Shown in pieces: positions 10,806-21,907 of a DNA stretch of 64,000 nucleotides. The position numbers were made by a program, and so were the translations under genes. The DNA is taken from contig DAIDMU010000121.1 in NCBI GenBank assembly GCA_027448805.1, positions 7,736 through 71,735 of the forward strand, given 5' to 3'. This stretch comes from Sulfurimonas sp. Lineage in GTDB: Bacteria > Campylobacterota > Campylobacteria > Campylobacterales > Sulfurimonadaceae. The notes beneath the pieces were generated by a model. The model saw only the letters and a program-made list of their open reading frames with translations, was not told the DNA's origin and ran no database searches. Within the stretch, counting starts at the first letter, position 1, and each line of letters starts with the position of its first letter.

Positions 10806-10933
10806 ATTGACATATTTCAGCCATTGTTACCGAAAAATCTCAATTTAAGACTATTTTAATATTTATAACAATATAGTTTTTTATATATACATTTATGATG
10901 TATATATAATATTTTATTATAAAAAGGGGTTTT

Positions 10934-12235
10934 ATGAGAAGGGATTTTTTCACAAAAAAAATTGTCTCGATAGTTGGTTTATCTTTAGTGTGCGCAACAG
11001 CGGCGGAGGCAACACCTGCGTTTGCCAGACAGATGGATATGGATTGTATGTCTTGCCACTTTCAAAACATACCAAAGCTGAACTCTTTTGGTAGAGATTT
11101 TAAAATGTCGGGCTTTACGATGACAAACGGAAAAAAAGAGATTAAAAGTAATCAAAATGGTGGTTTAGCGCTGCCTGAAAACTTGGGTTTTGGTTTTGTA
11201 CTAAAAGCTCGTCTTCATGATACTAAAAAAGGTGACCCGACTGTTGCCGATGATCATACAACATTCTCAGAAATATTTGATGAATCCGCACTTCTTTTTG
11301 GCGGGAAAATTTCCGACAACATTGGTGGCTCTTTTGAACTAGCTAACGGTGTTAATGATATATCTACAACAGATATAAACGGCACTGTTACGGGTGTTGA
11401 AAGTGAAGGCTCTGGAGCAGGGATAAGCGGTAAGCTTACATTTACAAAAGCTTTTAGTTTTGGCCGCCTTGGCATAACAGCCTTTAATACAGACTCTTTA
11501 GGTCTGTTTTCAGGAACAGAGATGTACTCAACAGGTTTATATAGACCAATTCGCCAGTTTGAAAATCGCAAAAAAGCAAATATATTACAAAGAAATGGCA
11601 TAGGCGACGGTTCTGCATCCGGTGTTCAGATATACTATCATGGACATGGATTATATGCCACTGCAGGTCAATACGTGCCAGGATACGGCCAATCTATAGA
11701 TGTGTCTTCAGAAGGTTATAAAGATTTTGCAAGAGCTGCTTACGAGTTTAGTCTATCAGACTTTACTATTGCCGCCGGCGGATTCTACATCGGCGGAGAC
11801 ATAATTGGAGTAACCCAAAATGCGAGCGATATTGTTTGGACTTCTGCAGCGGACTCTTTTGATAGAAAAGCAAATGGTATAGATATGCAAATAGAGGGCA
11901 CCATTAGCGGGATGTCGCTAATGATAACCGGGGCTGCACTGCTTAATAATAAATATTCACCAAGCGCAATAGTAGGTTTAAAAGAGGAAAAAACCGGATT
12001 CTCTTTTGATGCACAGCTAAATCCAATCAGCGATATAGGGCTTAAGGTAGCGTATCTGTCTCATGAAGATAAAAGAGTTAAAACTAAAGATGAATCAATT
12101 ATTTCGCTCGGGATTGAACATAATGTAGCTCAAAATGTACGCCTATGTCTAGAGTACTCAAACATTGACTATCCGAACGATTCAGCTAAAAAAACAGATT
12201 CAGATCTTCTTTTTATGGCAATGGTTGCATTTTAA
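10934..12235 (+). CDS. cyc2: Cyc2-like fused monoheme c-type cytochrome / outer-membrane porin
   Basis: Signal peptide (AEA|TP), then PAFARQxxxxCMSCHFQxxPKLNSFGRDFKMSGF (Cyc2 N-terminal signature), amphipathic beta-strands, C-terminal Phe. Confidence 0.78.
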   Translation: MRRDFFTKKIVSIVGLSLVCATAAEATPAFARQMDMDCMSCHFQNIPKLNSFGRDFKMSGFTMTNGKKEIKSNQNGGLALPENLGFGFVLKARLHDTKKGDPTVADDHTTFSEIFDESALLFGGKISDNIGGSFELANGVNDISTTDINGTVTGVESEGSGAGISGKLTFTKAFSFGRLGITAFNTDSLGLFSGTEMYSTGLYRPIRQFENRKKANILQRNGIGDGSASGVQIYYHGHGLYATAGQYVPGYGQSIDVSSEGYKDFARAAYEFSLSDFTIAAGGFYIGGDIIGVTQNASDIVWTSAADSFDRKANGIDMQIEGTISGMSLMITGAALLNNKYSPSAIVGLKEEKTGFSFDAQLNPISDIGLKVAYLSHEDKRVKTKDESIISLGIEHNVAQNVRLCLEYSNIDYPNDSAKKTDSDLLFMAMVAF

Positions 12236-12259
12236 TTTACAAAAAATGCTAAAACAAAA

Positions 12260-12287
12260 TCACCGCAAAGTTAACTCTTTGCGGTGA
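12260..12287 (+). terminator. hairpin, probable terminator after the cyc2-like gene
   Basis: TCACCGCAAAG-TTAACT-CTTTGCGGTGA; no strong U-tract on the + strand. Confidence 0.55.
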
Positions 12288-12449
12288 AATACATCATGCT
12301 CTAAAAAAAACAGCTCATCAATTTGCAACACATTTTCACACTTGCCAAAACTTCTTGAAAAATTTCCTATTTTTACGCAACTCTTAAGCCTTAATAAGAT
12401 ACCATCAATGGAATTAATTTTTGAATTTTATAAAGATTAGGTGTTATAT

Positions 12450-14939
12450 ATGGGCAACTTGCTAAACAACGACAATATACAAACTATAAATATTGAAGAG
12501 ACTCTTCAAAACAGCTACCTCGACTACTCTATGAGTGTAATCGTAGGTCGTGCACTTCCTGACGTTCGCGATGGACTTAAACCAGTTCACAGAAGAATCC
12601 TTTATGCAATGGATAAACTAAGCCTCTCTCATGGGTCAAAGTTTAAAAAATCAGCACGTATCGTCGGTGACGTTATCGGTCAGTACCATCCACACGGTGA
12701 TACGGCAGTTTATGATGCGCTAGTTCGTATGGCTCAACACTTCTCTATGAGAATGGAGCTTGTGGACGGTCAAGGAAACTTCGGTTCAGTTGACGGCGAC
12801 AGCGCTGCTGCTATGCGTTATACCGAAGCCAGAATGACAAAGTATGCGGGCGAGCTTCTAAAAGATTTAGAAAAAAATACTGTGAATATGATAGACAACT
12901 ATGACGGCACTACAAAAGAACCTGATGTTATGCCTACACGTGTTCCAAACCTTCTAATAAACGGTTCATCGGGTATTGCTGTCGGTATGGCAACAAACAT
13001 CCCTCCGCACAACCCTCAAGAGGTTATGATGGGCTTAAAAGCACTTCTAGCAAATCCGGATATTGAACTATATGAACTGATGGAGCATATTAAAGCACCG
13101 GATTTTCCTACAGGCGGAACGATATTTGGTAAAAAAGGAATTATGGATGCCTATGCAACAGGCCGCGGCCGCATAAAAGTTCGTGCTAAAACTCATATTG
13201 AAAAAAAAGGTAACAGAGATGTTATCGTAATAGATGAGCTTCCATATCAGGTTAACAAAGCTCGTCTGATTGAAAGCATCGCAAATCTTGTAAAAGAAAA
13301 GATGATAGAGGGTATCTCTGAGATTCGTGACGAATCTGACCGTGACGGTATCCGTGCAGTAATAGAGCTAAAAAAAGATGCAATGAGCGAGATAGTTCTT
13401 AACAATCTTTTCAAACACACCAGCATGCAGACTACTTTTGGTATCATCATGCTCTCTATTTTAAACCAAGAGCCTAGAGTATTTGGAATAATAGACATTC
13501 TAAGACACTTTATAAATCACCGTAAAACTATAATTATCCGCCGTACTATCTTTGACCTTGAAAAAGCAAAAGCCAGAGCGCATATCTTAGAGGGTCTTAA
13601 AAAAGCTCTTGATATTATTGATGAAATCATAAGAGTTATTAAATCTAGCAAAAACATTGAAGATGCAAGAGATAACCTTGTTTCCGAATTCGATTTTTCA
13701 ACTATTCAGGCGCAAAGCATCGTTGATATGCGCCTTGGAAGATTGACAGGTTTAGAGCGCGAGAAAATAGAGAATGAACTTCTTGAACTTATCAAACTAA
13801 TCGAATACCTAGAGTCAATTTTAAAAAGCGAAGCAATTCTGCATGGGATTATAGACCAAGAGTTTGACGAAGTTCTAGCTACATATACGGATGCAAGACG
13901 AACTGAAATTGAAGATGATTATGATGACATTGATATTGAAGATTTAATCCCTAATGAACCGATGGTTGTAACTATTACTCACAGAGGTTACATCAAAAGA
14001 GTTCCTCTTGGCCAATATGAAAAACAAAAAAGAGGCGGCAAAGGCAAAATTGCCGTTACTACTTATGAGGATGACTTTATTGAGAGATTCTTTACCTGCA
14101 ATACTCATGACACCCTTCTTTTTGTAACAGACCGCGGACAGCTCCACTGGTTAAAAGTTTACAAAATTCCTGAGGGAAGCAGAATCGCTAAAGGTAAAGC
14201 GGTTGTAAACCTGCTTAACCTTGTTGCAGATGAGCAGATACAATCTATCAACCCGACAACTGACTTTAGCGAAGAGAAGTCTTTAGTATTTTTCACTAAA
14301 AAAGGTGTCGTAAAGAGAACAAATTTAAGTGAATTTGCAAATATCAGAAGCAACGGTGTTAGAGCTATCAGCCTTGATGATGACGACTCAATCATAACTG
14401 CTAAAATCGCAGACCAAAGCATAAAGTATCTATTTATTATGACAAAAATGGCTCAATGTATAAAATTTGAAATAGACAAAACCCGTGACCAAGGTAGAAA
14501 TACAAGAGGTGTGAGAGGTATCAAGTTTAAACATGCGGATGATGTAGTTGTCGATGCAAACATTATTGCAAATGACGAGCAGGAGATTCTTGTAGTGAGC
14601 GAGAAAGGTATCGGCAAACGCACAGATGCCGGCGAATATCGTTTAACAAATCGCGGCGGAAGCGGTGTTATTGCAATGAAGATGACTGCTAAAACAGGCA
14701 AATATGTTGTCGGATGTCTTATGGTTGATGAAGAGATGGATATGATGGCGCTTACAAAAGCAGGAAAAATGATAAGAGTCGATATGCAGACAATCTCTAA
14801 ATCAAGCAGAAATACAAGCGGAGTTTTCATCGTAAAAGGTGATGACGTTGCAAGCGTTTCTCGCTGTCCAAAACAGCCTGTTGAAGACGAAGATGAGTAT
14901 GAAGACGATTCTCTTCTTGGAACAATGGAGTTGGAATAG
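12450..14939 (+). CDS. gyrA: DNA gyrase subunit A
   Basis: [23 protein letters not shown], GyrA-box QKRGGKG, pinwheel repeats; ATG at 12450 preferred over GTG at 12441. Confidence 0.98.
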   Translation: MGNLLNNDNIQTINIEETLQNSYLDYSMSVIVGRALPDVRDGLKPVHRRILYAMDKLSLSHGSKFKKSARIVGDVIGQYHPHGDTAVYDALVRMAQHFSMRMELVDGQGNFGSVDGDSAAAMRYTEARMTKYAGELLKDLEKNTVNMIDNYDGTTKEPDVMPTRVPNLLINGSSGIAVGMATNIPPHNPQEVMMGLKALLANPDIELYELMEHIKAPDFPTGGTIFGKKGIMDAYATGRGRIKVRAKTHIEKKGNRDVIVIDELPYQVNKARLIESIANLVKEKMIEGISEIRDESDRDGIRAVIELKKDAMSEIVLNNLFKHTSMQTTFGIIMLSILNQEPRVFGIIDILRHFINHRKTIIIRRTIFDLEKAKARAHILEGLKKALDIIDEIIRVIKSSKNIEDARDNLVSEFDFSTIQAQSIVDMRLGRLTGLEREKIENELLELIKLIEYLESILKSEAILHGIIDQEFDEVLATYTDARRTEIEDDYDDIDIEDLIPNEPMVVTITHRGYIKRVPLGQYEKQKRGGKGKIAVTTYEDDFIERFFTCNTHDTLLFVTDRGQLHWLKVYKIPEGSRIAKGKAVVNLLNLVADEQIQSINPTTDFSEEKSLVFFTKKGVVKRTNLSEFANIRSNGVRAISLDDDDSIITAKIADQSIKYLFIMTKMAQCIKFEIDKTRDQGRNTRGVRGIKFKHADDVVVDANIIANDEQEILVVSEKGIGKRTDAGEYRLTNRGGSGVIAMKMTAKTGKYVVGCLMVDEEMDMMALTKAGKMIRVDMQTISKSSRNTSGVFIVKGDDVASVSRCPKQPVEDEDEYEDDSLLGTMELE

Positions 14940-14947
14940 TAGTTGCT
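14931..14947 (+). promoter_or_regulatory. sigma54 promoter of flgP, overlapping the gyrA stop codon
   Basis: TTGGAAT-AGTAG-TTGCT with GG-N10-GC spacing, 40 bp upstream of the flgP start. Confidence 0.7.
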
Positions 14948-14986
14948 TAAGTACGATTATTATAAAACCATGCCAAGGGACAAACA

Positions 14987-15577
14987 ATGAGATATTCGAT
15001 ATTACTCGCACTGCTTTTAAGTGTTTCATCACTATTTGGAGCAGATAAAGCAAGCAATGCTACCGCCATAGAACAGACAAATGCTGAACTTGCAGCAGTA
15101 AAAGCTGCGGCAACGCAAGCCAGAGAAGAGGCTACGCTCGCTACAATTCAGGCAACCAAAGCAAAGGAAGACAGCAAAAGAGCGATAGACGAACTTGCTC
15201 AAGTTAAAGCTCAAAGAGAAGAAGAACTGGCTTCAATGGCAGCGCAGGAACAAGTTTTAAAAGAGAATAGATCTATTCATATATCTGTTGTCGGACAAGG
15301 CGTTGCACCGATGAACACATCTTCTCCGGCTCAAGCTTACGCACTTGCAAAAAGAGCGGCAATTGCAGATGCTTACAGAGCAATTGCAGAGAAAGTTAAA
15401 GGCGTAAGAATTGATGGTCAAGACACGGTAAAAAATATGATGATGCAAAAATCTACAATACGCACTTATGTTCAAGCTATGGTTAAAAATGCAAATGTTG
15501 TTGAAACAACTTTTAAAGAGGGATTATGCGAAGTAGAGATGGAAATCGTAATTTCTCACTCAGACTTTGCTCAATAA
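14987..15577 (+). CDS. flgP: FlgP-like (LPP20-family) flagellar motor basal-disk protein
   Basis: VVGQGVAP...ALAKRAAIADAYR motif; same gyrA-flgP-flgQ-flgR-asd order as Campylobacter jejuni. Confidence 0.75.
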   Translation: MRYSILLALLLSVSSLFGADKASNATAIEQTNAELAAVKAAATQAREEATLATIQATKAKEDSKRAIDELAQVKAQREEELASMAAQEQVLKENRSIHISVVGQGVAPMNTSSPAQAYALAKRAAIADAYRAIAEKVKGVRIDGQDTVKNMMMQKSTIRTYVQAMVKNANVVETTFKEGLCEVEMEIVISHSDFAQ

Positions 15578-15936
15578 TAATTTTTAGCTCACTTACGTTA
15601 ACTGCAAGTGAGCACCTTATCTCCTACAAATACATTGTAAAAGATGCCACTCTTTACAACGAAACACTTCTCATTTCAAATGCTATGACAAAATGCAACG
15701 GCACACCGCAAAATGAGTTAATTCTGCTAAACAAAAACAGCAAAAATTTAAAACAGCTAATATTTGAAAATTCAGAAGAGTTCATTGACTACATGCACAA
15801 ACTTGGTCTTCATGTTGAACATAAAGAGACAACAAGCAATTTGCAAAACAGCTCAACGACAACACTCACACTCAAAACCACTTGCTTCAAAGTCGATTTT
15901 AATGATAATTTTGCTAGAATTGCCCCTTTAAAATAA
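15526..15936 (+). CDS. flgQ: FlgQ-like protein (start uncertain)
   Basis: Position between flgP and flgR; signal-like N-terminus. Confidence 0.55.
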   Translation: MRSRDGNRNFSLRLCSIIIFSSLTLTASEHLISYKYIVKDATLYNETLLISNAMTKCNGTPQNELILLNKNSKNLKQLIFENSEEFIDYMHKLGLHVEHKETTSNLQNSSTTTLTLKTTCFKVDFNDNFARIAPLK

Positions 15937-15947
15937 GGCAAAAATTA

Positions 15948-17099
15948 GTGAAAATTGCAATAGTTGAAGATGATATCAATATGAGAAAATCTCTTGAAAT
16001 CGCTATGAATGATTATAAAGAGTTTGAAATCAAAACATTTAAAAATGCAAAAGATGCCTTAAAAGGCATTGATGACACTTTTCATTTAATTATAACCGAT
16101 ATAAATATGCCCGGTATGGATGGCATCGAGTTTGTAAAAGCTTTAAACGGAAAATTTGAAGTTATTATTATGACCGGGAATGCAACGCTCCAAAGAGCAA
16201 TCGAATCAATTCATCTCGGCGTAAAAGACTTTTTATTGAAACCTTTTGATGTAGATACTTTAATAGCTGCCATCAGAAGAGAAGACAAGATACAAAAAGT
16301 AAAAAAAACAGTAGCACAAATCAATCAGAAAAGCGACAATGATAGTTTTTTCGGTACATCAAAAGCATTAGAATCAGCTTTAAATATTGCAAAAAAAGCA
16401 TCTAAAACAGATGCTAGCATTTTACTCCTGGGAGAGAGTGGTGTCGGCAAAGAGGTTTTTGCTTCTTTTATTCACGAAAACTCTCCTAGAGCAAAAAAGC
16501 CATTTATAGCAATCAACATGGCGGCAATTCCGGACAATCTTATTGAGAGCGAACTTTTTGGATTTGAAAAGGGTGCGTTTACCGATGCAGGCGAATCCAA
16601 GGCAGGACAGTTTGAACTGGCCAACGGCGGAACACTCTTTTTAGATGAGATAGGAGAGATGCCATACGGCGTCCAAGCCAAACTGCTTCGCGCACTCCAA
16701 GAGAAAGAGATAAGAAGATTAGGCTCATCAAAGAGCATAAAAATAGATATCAGAGTAATCTCTGCAACAAATGCAAATCTCTCCGATAAGATAAAGAACG
16801 GCGAATTTAGAAATGACTTATATTTTCGCTTAAATACCATCCCGATAAATATCCCGCCTCTTAGAGATAGAAAAGAGGAAATTTTGCAGATTGCACAAAA
16901 AGTTTTAGAGCAAAATTGTATAAAATACGGTTTTGAATTAAAAATATTTTCTGACGAAGCGAAAAAACAGCTTCTTGCCTATGAGTGGCCCGGAAACATT
17001 AGAGAGCTTATATCCGTTGTTGAGAGAGCGGTTATTTTGAGTGAGTGTAATGAAATAACACCGCAGGAGCTTTTTCTAGAGTCTCGCGGATTTAATTAA
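15948..17099 (+). CDS. flgR: sigma54-dependent response regulator FlgR
   Basis: REC domain, GESGVGKE, GAFTDA, WPGNIREL; no C-terminal HTH; synteny. Confidence 0.88.
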   Translation: MKIAIVEDDINMRKSLEIAMNDYKEFEIKTFKNAKDALKGIDDTFHLIITDINMPGMDGIEFVKALNGKFEVIIMTGNATLQRAIESIHLGVKDFLLKPFDVDTLIAAIRREDKIQKVKKTVAQINQKSDNDSFFGTSKALESALNIAKKASKTDASILLLGESGVGKEVFASFIHENSPRAKKPFIAINMAAIPDNLIESELFGFEKGAFTDAGESKAGQFELANGGTLFLDEIGEMPYGVQAKLLRALQEKEIRRLGSSKSIKIDIRVISATNANLSDKIKNGEFRNDLYFRLNTIPINIPPLRDRKEEILQIAQKVLEQNCIKYGFELKIFSDEAKKQLLAYEWPGNIRELISVVERAVILSECNEITPQELFLESRGFN

Positions 17100-17117
17100 A
17101 ATAATGAAGGAACAAGA

Positions 17118-18152
17118 ATGACAAAAAAATATAATGTAGCAGTGGTTGGAGCAAACGGAGCAGTTGGAGAAGAGATATTGGCAATTTTGCATGAAGTTGA
17201 CTTTCCTATCAAAAAATTAGTTCCGCTGGCTAGCTCTAGAAGTATAGGAAAGAGCGTAGAGTACGGCAACAAAGAGATAGCAATAAAAGAGCTGACTGAC
17301 ACAGTTTTTGAAGAAGAGAATATTGAAATAGCACTATTTTCTGCCGGAGGAAGCGTAAGCGCACAGTTCGCTCCTTTTGCCGTTAAAGCCGGTGCTGTCG
17401 TAATCGATAACACCTCTCACTTTAGAATGGATGAGAACACTCCTCTTGTTGTTCCTGAAGTAAATCCAGAGGATATCGCCAAATGGAAAAAAACAGGTGT
17501 AATTGCAAATCCAAACTGCTCTACAATTCAGATGGTTCAGGCACTAAAACCGCTTGATGAAGCTTATGATTTGACAAGGGTTGACGTAAGTACCTATCAA
17601 GCAACTTCCGGTGCCGGAAAAAGCGCTATGGAGGAGTTGGTAAATCAGATGAAAGACTTTTTCAGTTTCAAATTAGGTGAAAGCGTGCATAAAGCTTTTA
17701 AACACCAAATTGCTCTAAATGTAATCCCTCAGATAGATGTTTTTCTAGAAAACGGATACACAAAAGAGGAGATGAAAATGGTAAATGAAACTGCCAAAAT
17801 CATGCATAAAAAAATTCCTCTAAGCGCTACATGTGTTCGTGTTCCGACTCTTCGCGGTCACGCAGAGGCCCTAACTCTTACATTTGCAAATGAAGTTAAT
17901 GCGAGCGACGCTAGAGAGATACTGAGCAAAGCACCAAATATTGTTATATTGGACAACCCATCAGAGTCTATCTATCCGATGCCTGCAACATGTTTAGAAA
18001 AAAATGAGACTTTTGTGGGACGTATCAGAAATGACAACTTCTCTAAAAATATGCTTCATATGTTCATAGTTGCAGATAATCTAAGAGTGGGAGCGGCTAC
18101 AAACGCTGTTAGAATCGCTCAAAAATGGATAGAAATGGATGAGGAGAAATAG
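17118..18152 (+). CDS. asd: aspartate-semialdehyde dehydrogenase
   Basis: VVGANGAVG, ANPNCST, DNLRVGAA. Confidence 0.97.
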   Translation: MTKKYNVAVVGANGAVGEEILAILHEVDFPIKKLVPLASSRSIGKSVEYGNKEIAIKELTDTVFEEENIEIALFSAGGSVSAQFAPFAVKAGAVVIDNTSHFRMDENTPLVVPEVNPEDIAKWKKTGVIANPNCSTIQMVQALKPLDEAYDLTRVDVSTYQATSGAGKSAMEELVNQMKDFFSFKLGESVHKAFKHQIALNVIPQIDVFLENGYTKEEMKMVNETAKIMHKKIPLSATCVRVPTLRGHAEALTLTFANEVNASDAREILSKAPNIVILDNPSESIYPMPATCLEKNETFVGRIRNDNFSKNMLHMFIVADNLRVGAATNAVRIAQKWIEMDEEK

Positions 18153-18154
18153 TT

Positions 18155-18673
18155 ATGATTGAAAAAATATTTGAAAATAGTCTGTGGGGTTCAAGATTTA
18201 TAATAATTCTTTCTGTGGTTTTTGGTCTTGTCGGAGCTATATCGCTGTTTATAGTAGCAAGTTTTGACATATATGACACAGCAAAATATGTCTTATCAAC
18301 ATATATAAATCAAACACATCCTGAAAATTTTCATCAAGATGTTGTAGGCGGTATCATTGGTGCGGTCGATTTATACTTGATTGGCGTTGTAATGCTTCTT
18401 TTTGCTTTTGGGCTATATGAACTTTTTATATCTGAAATAGATGTCGCAAAAGATGAGAATGGAGAGGAAAACAGTCTTTTAGCTATCCATTCACTAGACC
18501 AGCTTAAAGATAAAATATCAAAAGTTATCGTAATGGTACTTGTTGTTACTTTTTTTCAAAAAGTTGGTCATACAGAGTACAATGGCGCCTTAGATATGTT
18601 ATACTTTGCGCTATCAATAACTGCAGTGGCGGTCGGACTTTTCTTCTTGGGGAAAGTTGGAAAAAGTCATTAG
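18155..18673 (+). CDS. YqhA/UPF0114-family membrane protein
   Basis: Four TM helices, VDLYL..GLYELFIS, SLDQLKDKI. Confidence 0.8.
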   Translation: MIEKIFENSLWGSRFIIILSVVFGLVGAISLFIVASFDIYDTAKYVLSTYINQTHPENFHQDVVGGIIGAVDLYLIGVVMLLFAFGLYELFISEIDVAKDENGEENSLLAIHSLDQLKDKISKVIVMVLVVTFFQKVGHTEYNGALDMLYFALSITAVAVGLFFLGKVGKSH

Positions 18674-18723
18674 CCACAAATTAAAAAAAGTTATACTTAA
18701 AACTAATTAAACAAGGGTGATTA

Positions 18724-19755
18724 ATGAGTAAAATATTTGTAGACGCATGCTTTGGCAAGGAGACTCCATACACTCCTGTTTGGATGATGAGACAGGCGGG
18801 AAGATACCTTCCTGAGTACATGGAAGTAAGAAAACAAGCCGGAAATTTTTTAAATCTTTGCCACAACCCAAAACTTGCCGCAGAAGTTACACTTCAGCCT
18901 GTAGATATTGTCGGGGTTGATGCAGCAATTTTATTCAGTGATATTCTTGTTGTTCCAAATGAGATGGGCATGAAACTTGATTTTCTTACAGGAGAGGGAC
19001 CTGTTTTTGAAAAACCTATAAAAAATCAAGCTGATTTGGATGCTCTTTTAGGCGGTGATGAAGCCGCATCAAAACTCACTTATGTTTACGATACAATCAA
19101 GCTTATAAAAGAGCAGCTAGCAGACGATAAAGCTCTTATCGGTTTTACCGGAGCTCCTTGGACACTAGCTACTTACATGATAGAGGGAGAAGGTACAAAA
19201 ACATATAACATATGTAAAAAAATGATGTACTCTAACCCTGAATTTCTGCACAGAATACTTGCAAAAGTAACAGAAGTTGTAAAAATATATATGGAAAAGC
19301 AGATTGAAGCAGGCATAGACGTAGTTCAAATATTTGACTCATGGGCTGCGGCGATAGAGCCTGCAAAATATGATGAGTTCTCTTGGAAGTATATGGTTGA
19401 AATCGCGGATTATTTAAAGGCTAAATATCCACATATTCCTATTATTATGTTCCCAAAAGGAATTCCTGCATTTTTAGACAAAGTTTACGGTAATTTTGAC
19501 GTATTTGGCGTTGACTGGTCAACTCCTATGGGATACGCTAAAGAGAAACTTGGCGAACGCTATGTGCTTCAAGGAAATATGGAGCCGTGCAGATTGTATT
19601 CAAAAGAGGCAACAACAGAGTGTGTAGAAGCGCTTCAAAAAATCATGGGCGGCAAAAGGCATATATTTAATTTAGGTCACGGCATCCTTCCGGATGTTCC
19701 TGTAGAAAATGCAAAACACTTCATAACTGAATGCCATAGGGTAAGTAAAAAGTAA
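18724..19755 (+). CDS. hemE: uroporphyrinogen decarboxylase
   Basis: [25 protein letters not shown]. Confidence 0.97.
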   Translation: MSKIFVDACFGKETPYTPVWMMRQAGRYLPEYMEVRKQAGNFLNLCHNPKLAAEVTLQPVDIVGVDAAILFSDILVVPNEMGMKLDFLTGEGPVFEKPIKNQADLDALLGGDEAASKLTYVYDTIKLIKEQLADDKALIGFTGAPWTLATYMIEGEGTKTYNICKKMMYSNPEFLHRILAKVTEVVKIYMEKQIEAGIDVVQIFDSWAAAIEPAKYDEFSWKYMVEIADYLKAKYPHIPIIMFPKGIPAFLDKVYGNFDVFGVDWSTPMGYAKEKLGERYVLQGNMEPCRLYSKEATTECVEALQKIMGGKRHIFNLGHGILPDVPVENAKHFITECHRVSKK

Positions 19756-20688
19756 GTGAAGACTATCTTCGGTCCTATAAACTCAAGAAGATTCGGTTCT
19801 TCTTTGGGCATAGACCTGTCCCCGGCTCTAAAACAGTGCAATTTTGACTGCCTCTACTGCGAACTTGCACCAAGCGCAACAACCGACACACAAAAAAAAA
19901 TAGTGGAAGTTTCTACGATAATTGCCGAGCTTAAAGAGCATCTGAGCGACAAGATAGACGTTATAACAATAACTGCAAACGGGGAACCCACTCTCTATCC
20001 ATATCTTGATGAGCTAATAGATGAGTTAAACAAAATCAAAAACGGCGCGCAAACGCTCATTCTCTCAAACAGCGCAACGCTAATCGATGAAAAAGTTTTC
20101 AACTCCCTTTTAAAACTTGACCAGGTAAAACTATCTCTTGATGCAGTTAGCGAGAGTGTGTTTAAGAGAATTGACAGACCGCATATTGGGATAGAGATTG
20201 AAAATATCGTTCAAAAAGTAATAGATTTTAGCAAAGCGTACAAAGGCAAACTATTTATCGAGATACTTTTTGTTCACGGTCTAAACGACACAAAAGAGGA
20301 GATAGAGAGGCTAAATGAGACTCTTTTAAAGATGCATGTAACTAGAATCGATCTGGGCACCATTGACAGACCGCCGGCTTATCCCGTGAGCGGACTTAGC
20401 TACAGAGAACTTCATGACGCTTCGCTACTCTTTGACAGCTCTCTGCCTATCCATATAGCCTCTAGAGTTCACGCAGAGCCAAACAACTCAAGCTATGACG
20501 ATGAAGAGATTTTAAACACGCTGGACAAGAGACCGCTGACTATGGAAGATATAGATTTGCTCTTTGATGAAGAGAGCAGAAAACGGCTGGAGAATCTAAT
20601 ATCTGAGTCAAAAATAGTAACCAAAAAGGTCGGGAATTTGGAATTTTTTATCCTGCATGAGAATGAGAAAAGAAAACGCTCAAAGTAG
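19756..20688 (+). CDS. radical SAM protein
   Basis: GPINSRRFGSSLG, CNFDCLYC, GEPTL. Confidence 0.88.
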   Translation: MKTIFGPINSRRFGSSLGIDLSPALKQCNFDCLYCELAPSATTDTQKKIVEVSTIIAELKEHLSDKIDVITITANGEPTLYPYLDELIDELNKIKNGAQTLILSNSATLIDEKVFNSLLKLDQVKLSLDAVSESVFKRIDRPHIGIEIENIVQKVIDFSKAYKGKLFIEILFVHGLNDTKEEIERLNETLLKMHVTRIDLGTIDRPPAYPVSGLSYRELHDASLLFDSSLPIHIASRVHAEPNNSSYDDEEILNTLDKRPLTMEDIDLLFDEESRKRLENLISESKIVTKKVGNLEFFILHENEKRKRSK

Positions 20689-20699
20689 CGCAGAAATCC

Positions 20700-20728
20700 T
20701 TGACTTTTAAAGCCTCATAAAGTATAAT
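20700..20728 (+). promoter_or_regulatory. sigma70 promoter of tRNA-Asn
   Basis: TTGACT-17 bp-TATAAT. Confidence 0.8.
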
Positions 20729-20745
20729 TCCGACCTGTTAAACAT

Positions 20746-20820
20746 TCCGAATTAGCTCAGCGGTAGAGTAGGTGACTGTTAATCACTTGGCCACTGGTTC
20801 GAATCCAGTATTCGGAGCCA
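20746..20820 (+). tRNA. tRNA-Asn(GTT)
   Basis: TCCGAAT/ATTCGGA acceptor stem, GTT anticodon, GGTTCGAATCC T-arm, encoded CCA. Confidence 0.96.
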
Positions 20821-20930
20821 TTTCTTCTATAACCCCACAAATACGGTCTTCCCAAACAATAAAGTTGCTCGGTGCGCCCAAATGTGCCCTTAGATATTAC
20901 CTAAAAAAAGAGCCATTCGTCTACTAAACT

Positions 20931-21749
20931 TTACCCATTTTTAGGTGATTTTTTCAAAAAAACTTGTTCAAAAATCTCTTCTGCCATTTTCCAGCGATTC
21001 TCTTTTGCATTCATCATAACAATAAGACAATCTTTGCCGTCTTTTTTTGCTCGAGCTATAAGGCAAGGTCCCGCTTTAGATGTGTACCCAGTCTTTACGC
21101 CAACCGCATATTCATAGCTGTTTAAGAGGCGGTTATGAGTGTAGGCAAGAAACTTCTTATTTTTGTTCAGCGAGAAGTAGGTATGCTGATTCATTTTGCT
21201 GATGTTATTAAATTGTTTATTCTTAATAGCATACTCAGTCATTGCAAGAAGGTCTTTGGGTGTTGAATAGTGATTCTTGATGTCGTATCCGCATGGATTC
21301 GTAAAATTGGTATGCTTCATTCCTATTGCTTTAGCTTTGGCATTCATCATATTAACAAATTTCTTCTCACTTCCTCCAACAGCAATTGAAATAGCCATTG
21401 CAGCATCATTGTCAGATTTTATCATAGCTGCCATTATCAAGTCTTTTAGACGAATAACATCGCCAGGTTTGTATCCTGCAACGGTTGGCTCTACTTTAGT
21501 CATCTCACGCGTAATTGTCACCGGACGCTCTAGATTTCCTTGCTCTATTGCCAGCAAAACTGTAATAACTTTAGTCAGACTGGCCGGCTTTACCTCTTTA
21601 AACGCTTCTCTTGAATAAAGCATTTGGTTGGAAGTCATATCTTTGACCAGTAGCGCACCGACATTAAACCTATTTAACTCTTCTCTGTTTATACTAGCAT
21701 TAAGACTTATAGCCAAGCTAAATAATAATATGCAAAATTTCTTAATCAT
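20931..21749 (-). CDS. D-alanyl-D-alanine carboxypeptidase (peptidase S11)
   Basis: PASLTK (SxxK), SDN, KTG motifs; signal peptide. Confidence 0.92.
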   Translation of the reverse strand: MIKKFCILLFSLAISLNASINREELNRFNVGALLVKDMTSNQMLYSREAFKEVKPASLTKVITVLLAIEQGNLERPVTITREMTKVEPTVAGYKPGDVIRLKDLIMAAMIKSDNDAAMAISIAVGGSEKKFVNMMNAKAKAIGMKHTNFTNPCGYDIKNHYSTPKDLLAMTEYAIKNKQFNNISKMNQHTYFSLNKNKKFLAYTHNRLLNSYEYAVGVKTGYTSKAGPCLIARAKKDGKDCLIVMMNAKENRWKMAEEIFEQVFLKKSPKNG

Positions 21750-21907
21750 ACTCTTCTAAATCCTTAAATATTCTCACTTATCTGGTATAGGATACATTAA
21801 AAAAACTTAAAAAACAAACTAAAACGCAAATTTTGTGCTGTTTTAGGCAATTAATGCCACTTTAATAAATAATAATATAATATTCAATAAAAATAACAGA
21901 GGATTTT

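Noticed and set aside
10807-10835. TTGACA as the -35 box of the cyc2-like gene
   Set aside because: No -10 hexamer at 16-18 bp spacing.
20821-20930. Possible att or integrase arm sites after tRNA-Asn (GTGCGCCCA..GTGCCCT)
   Set aside because: No integrase and no duplicated tRNA 3' end seen; similarity too short.
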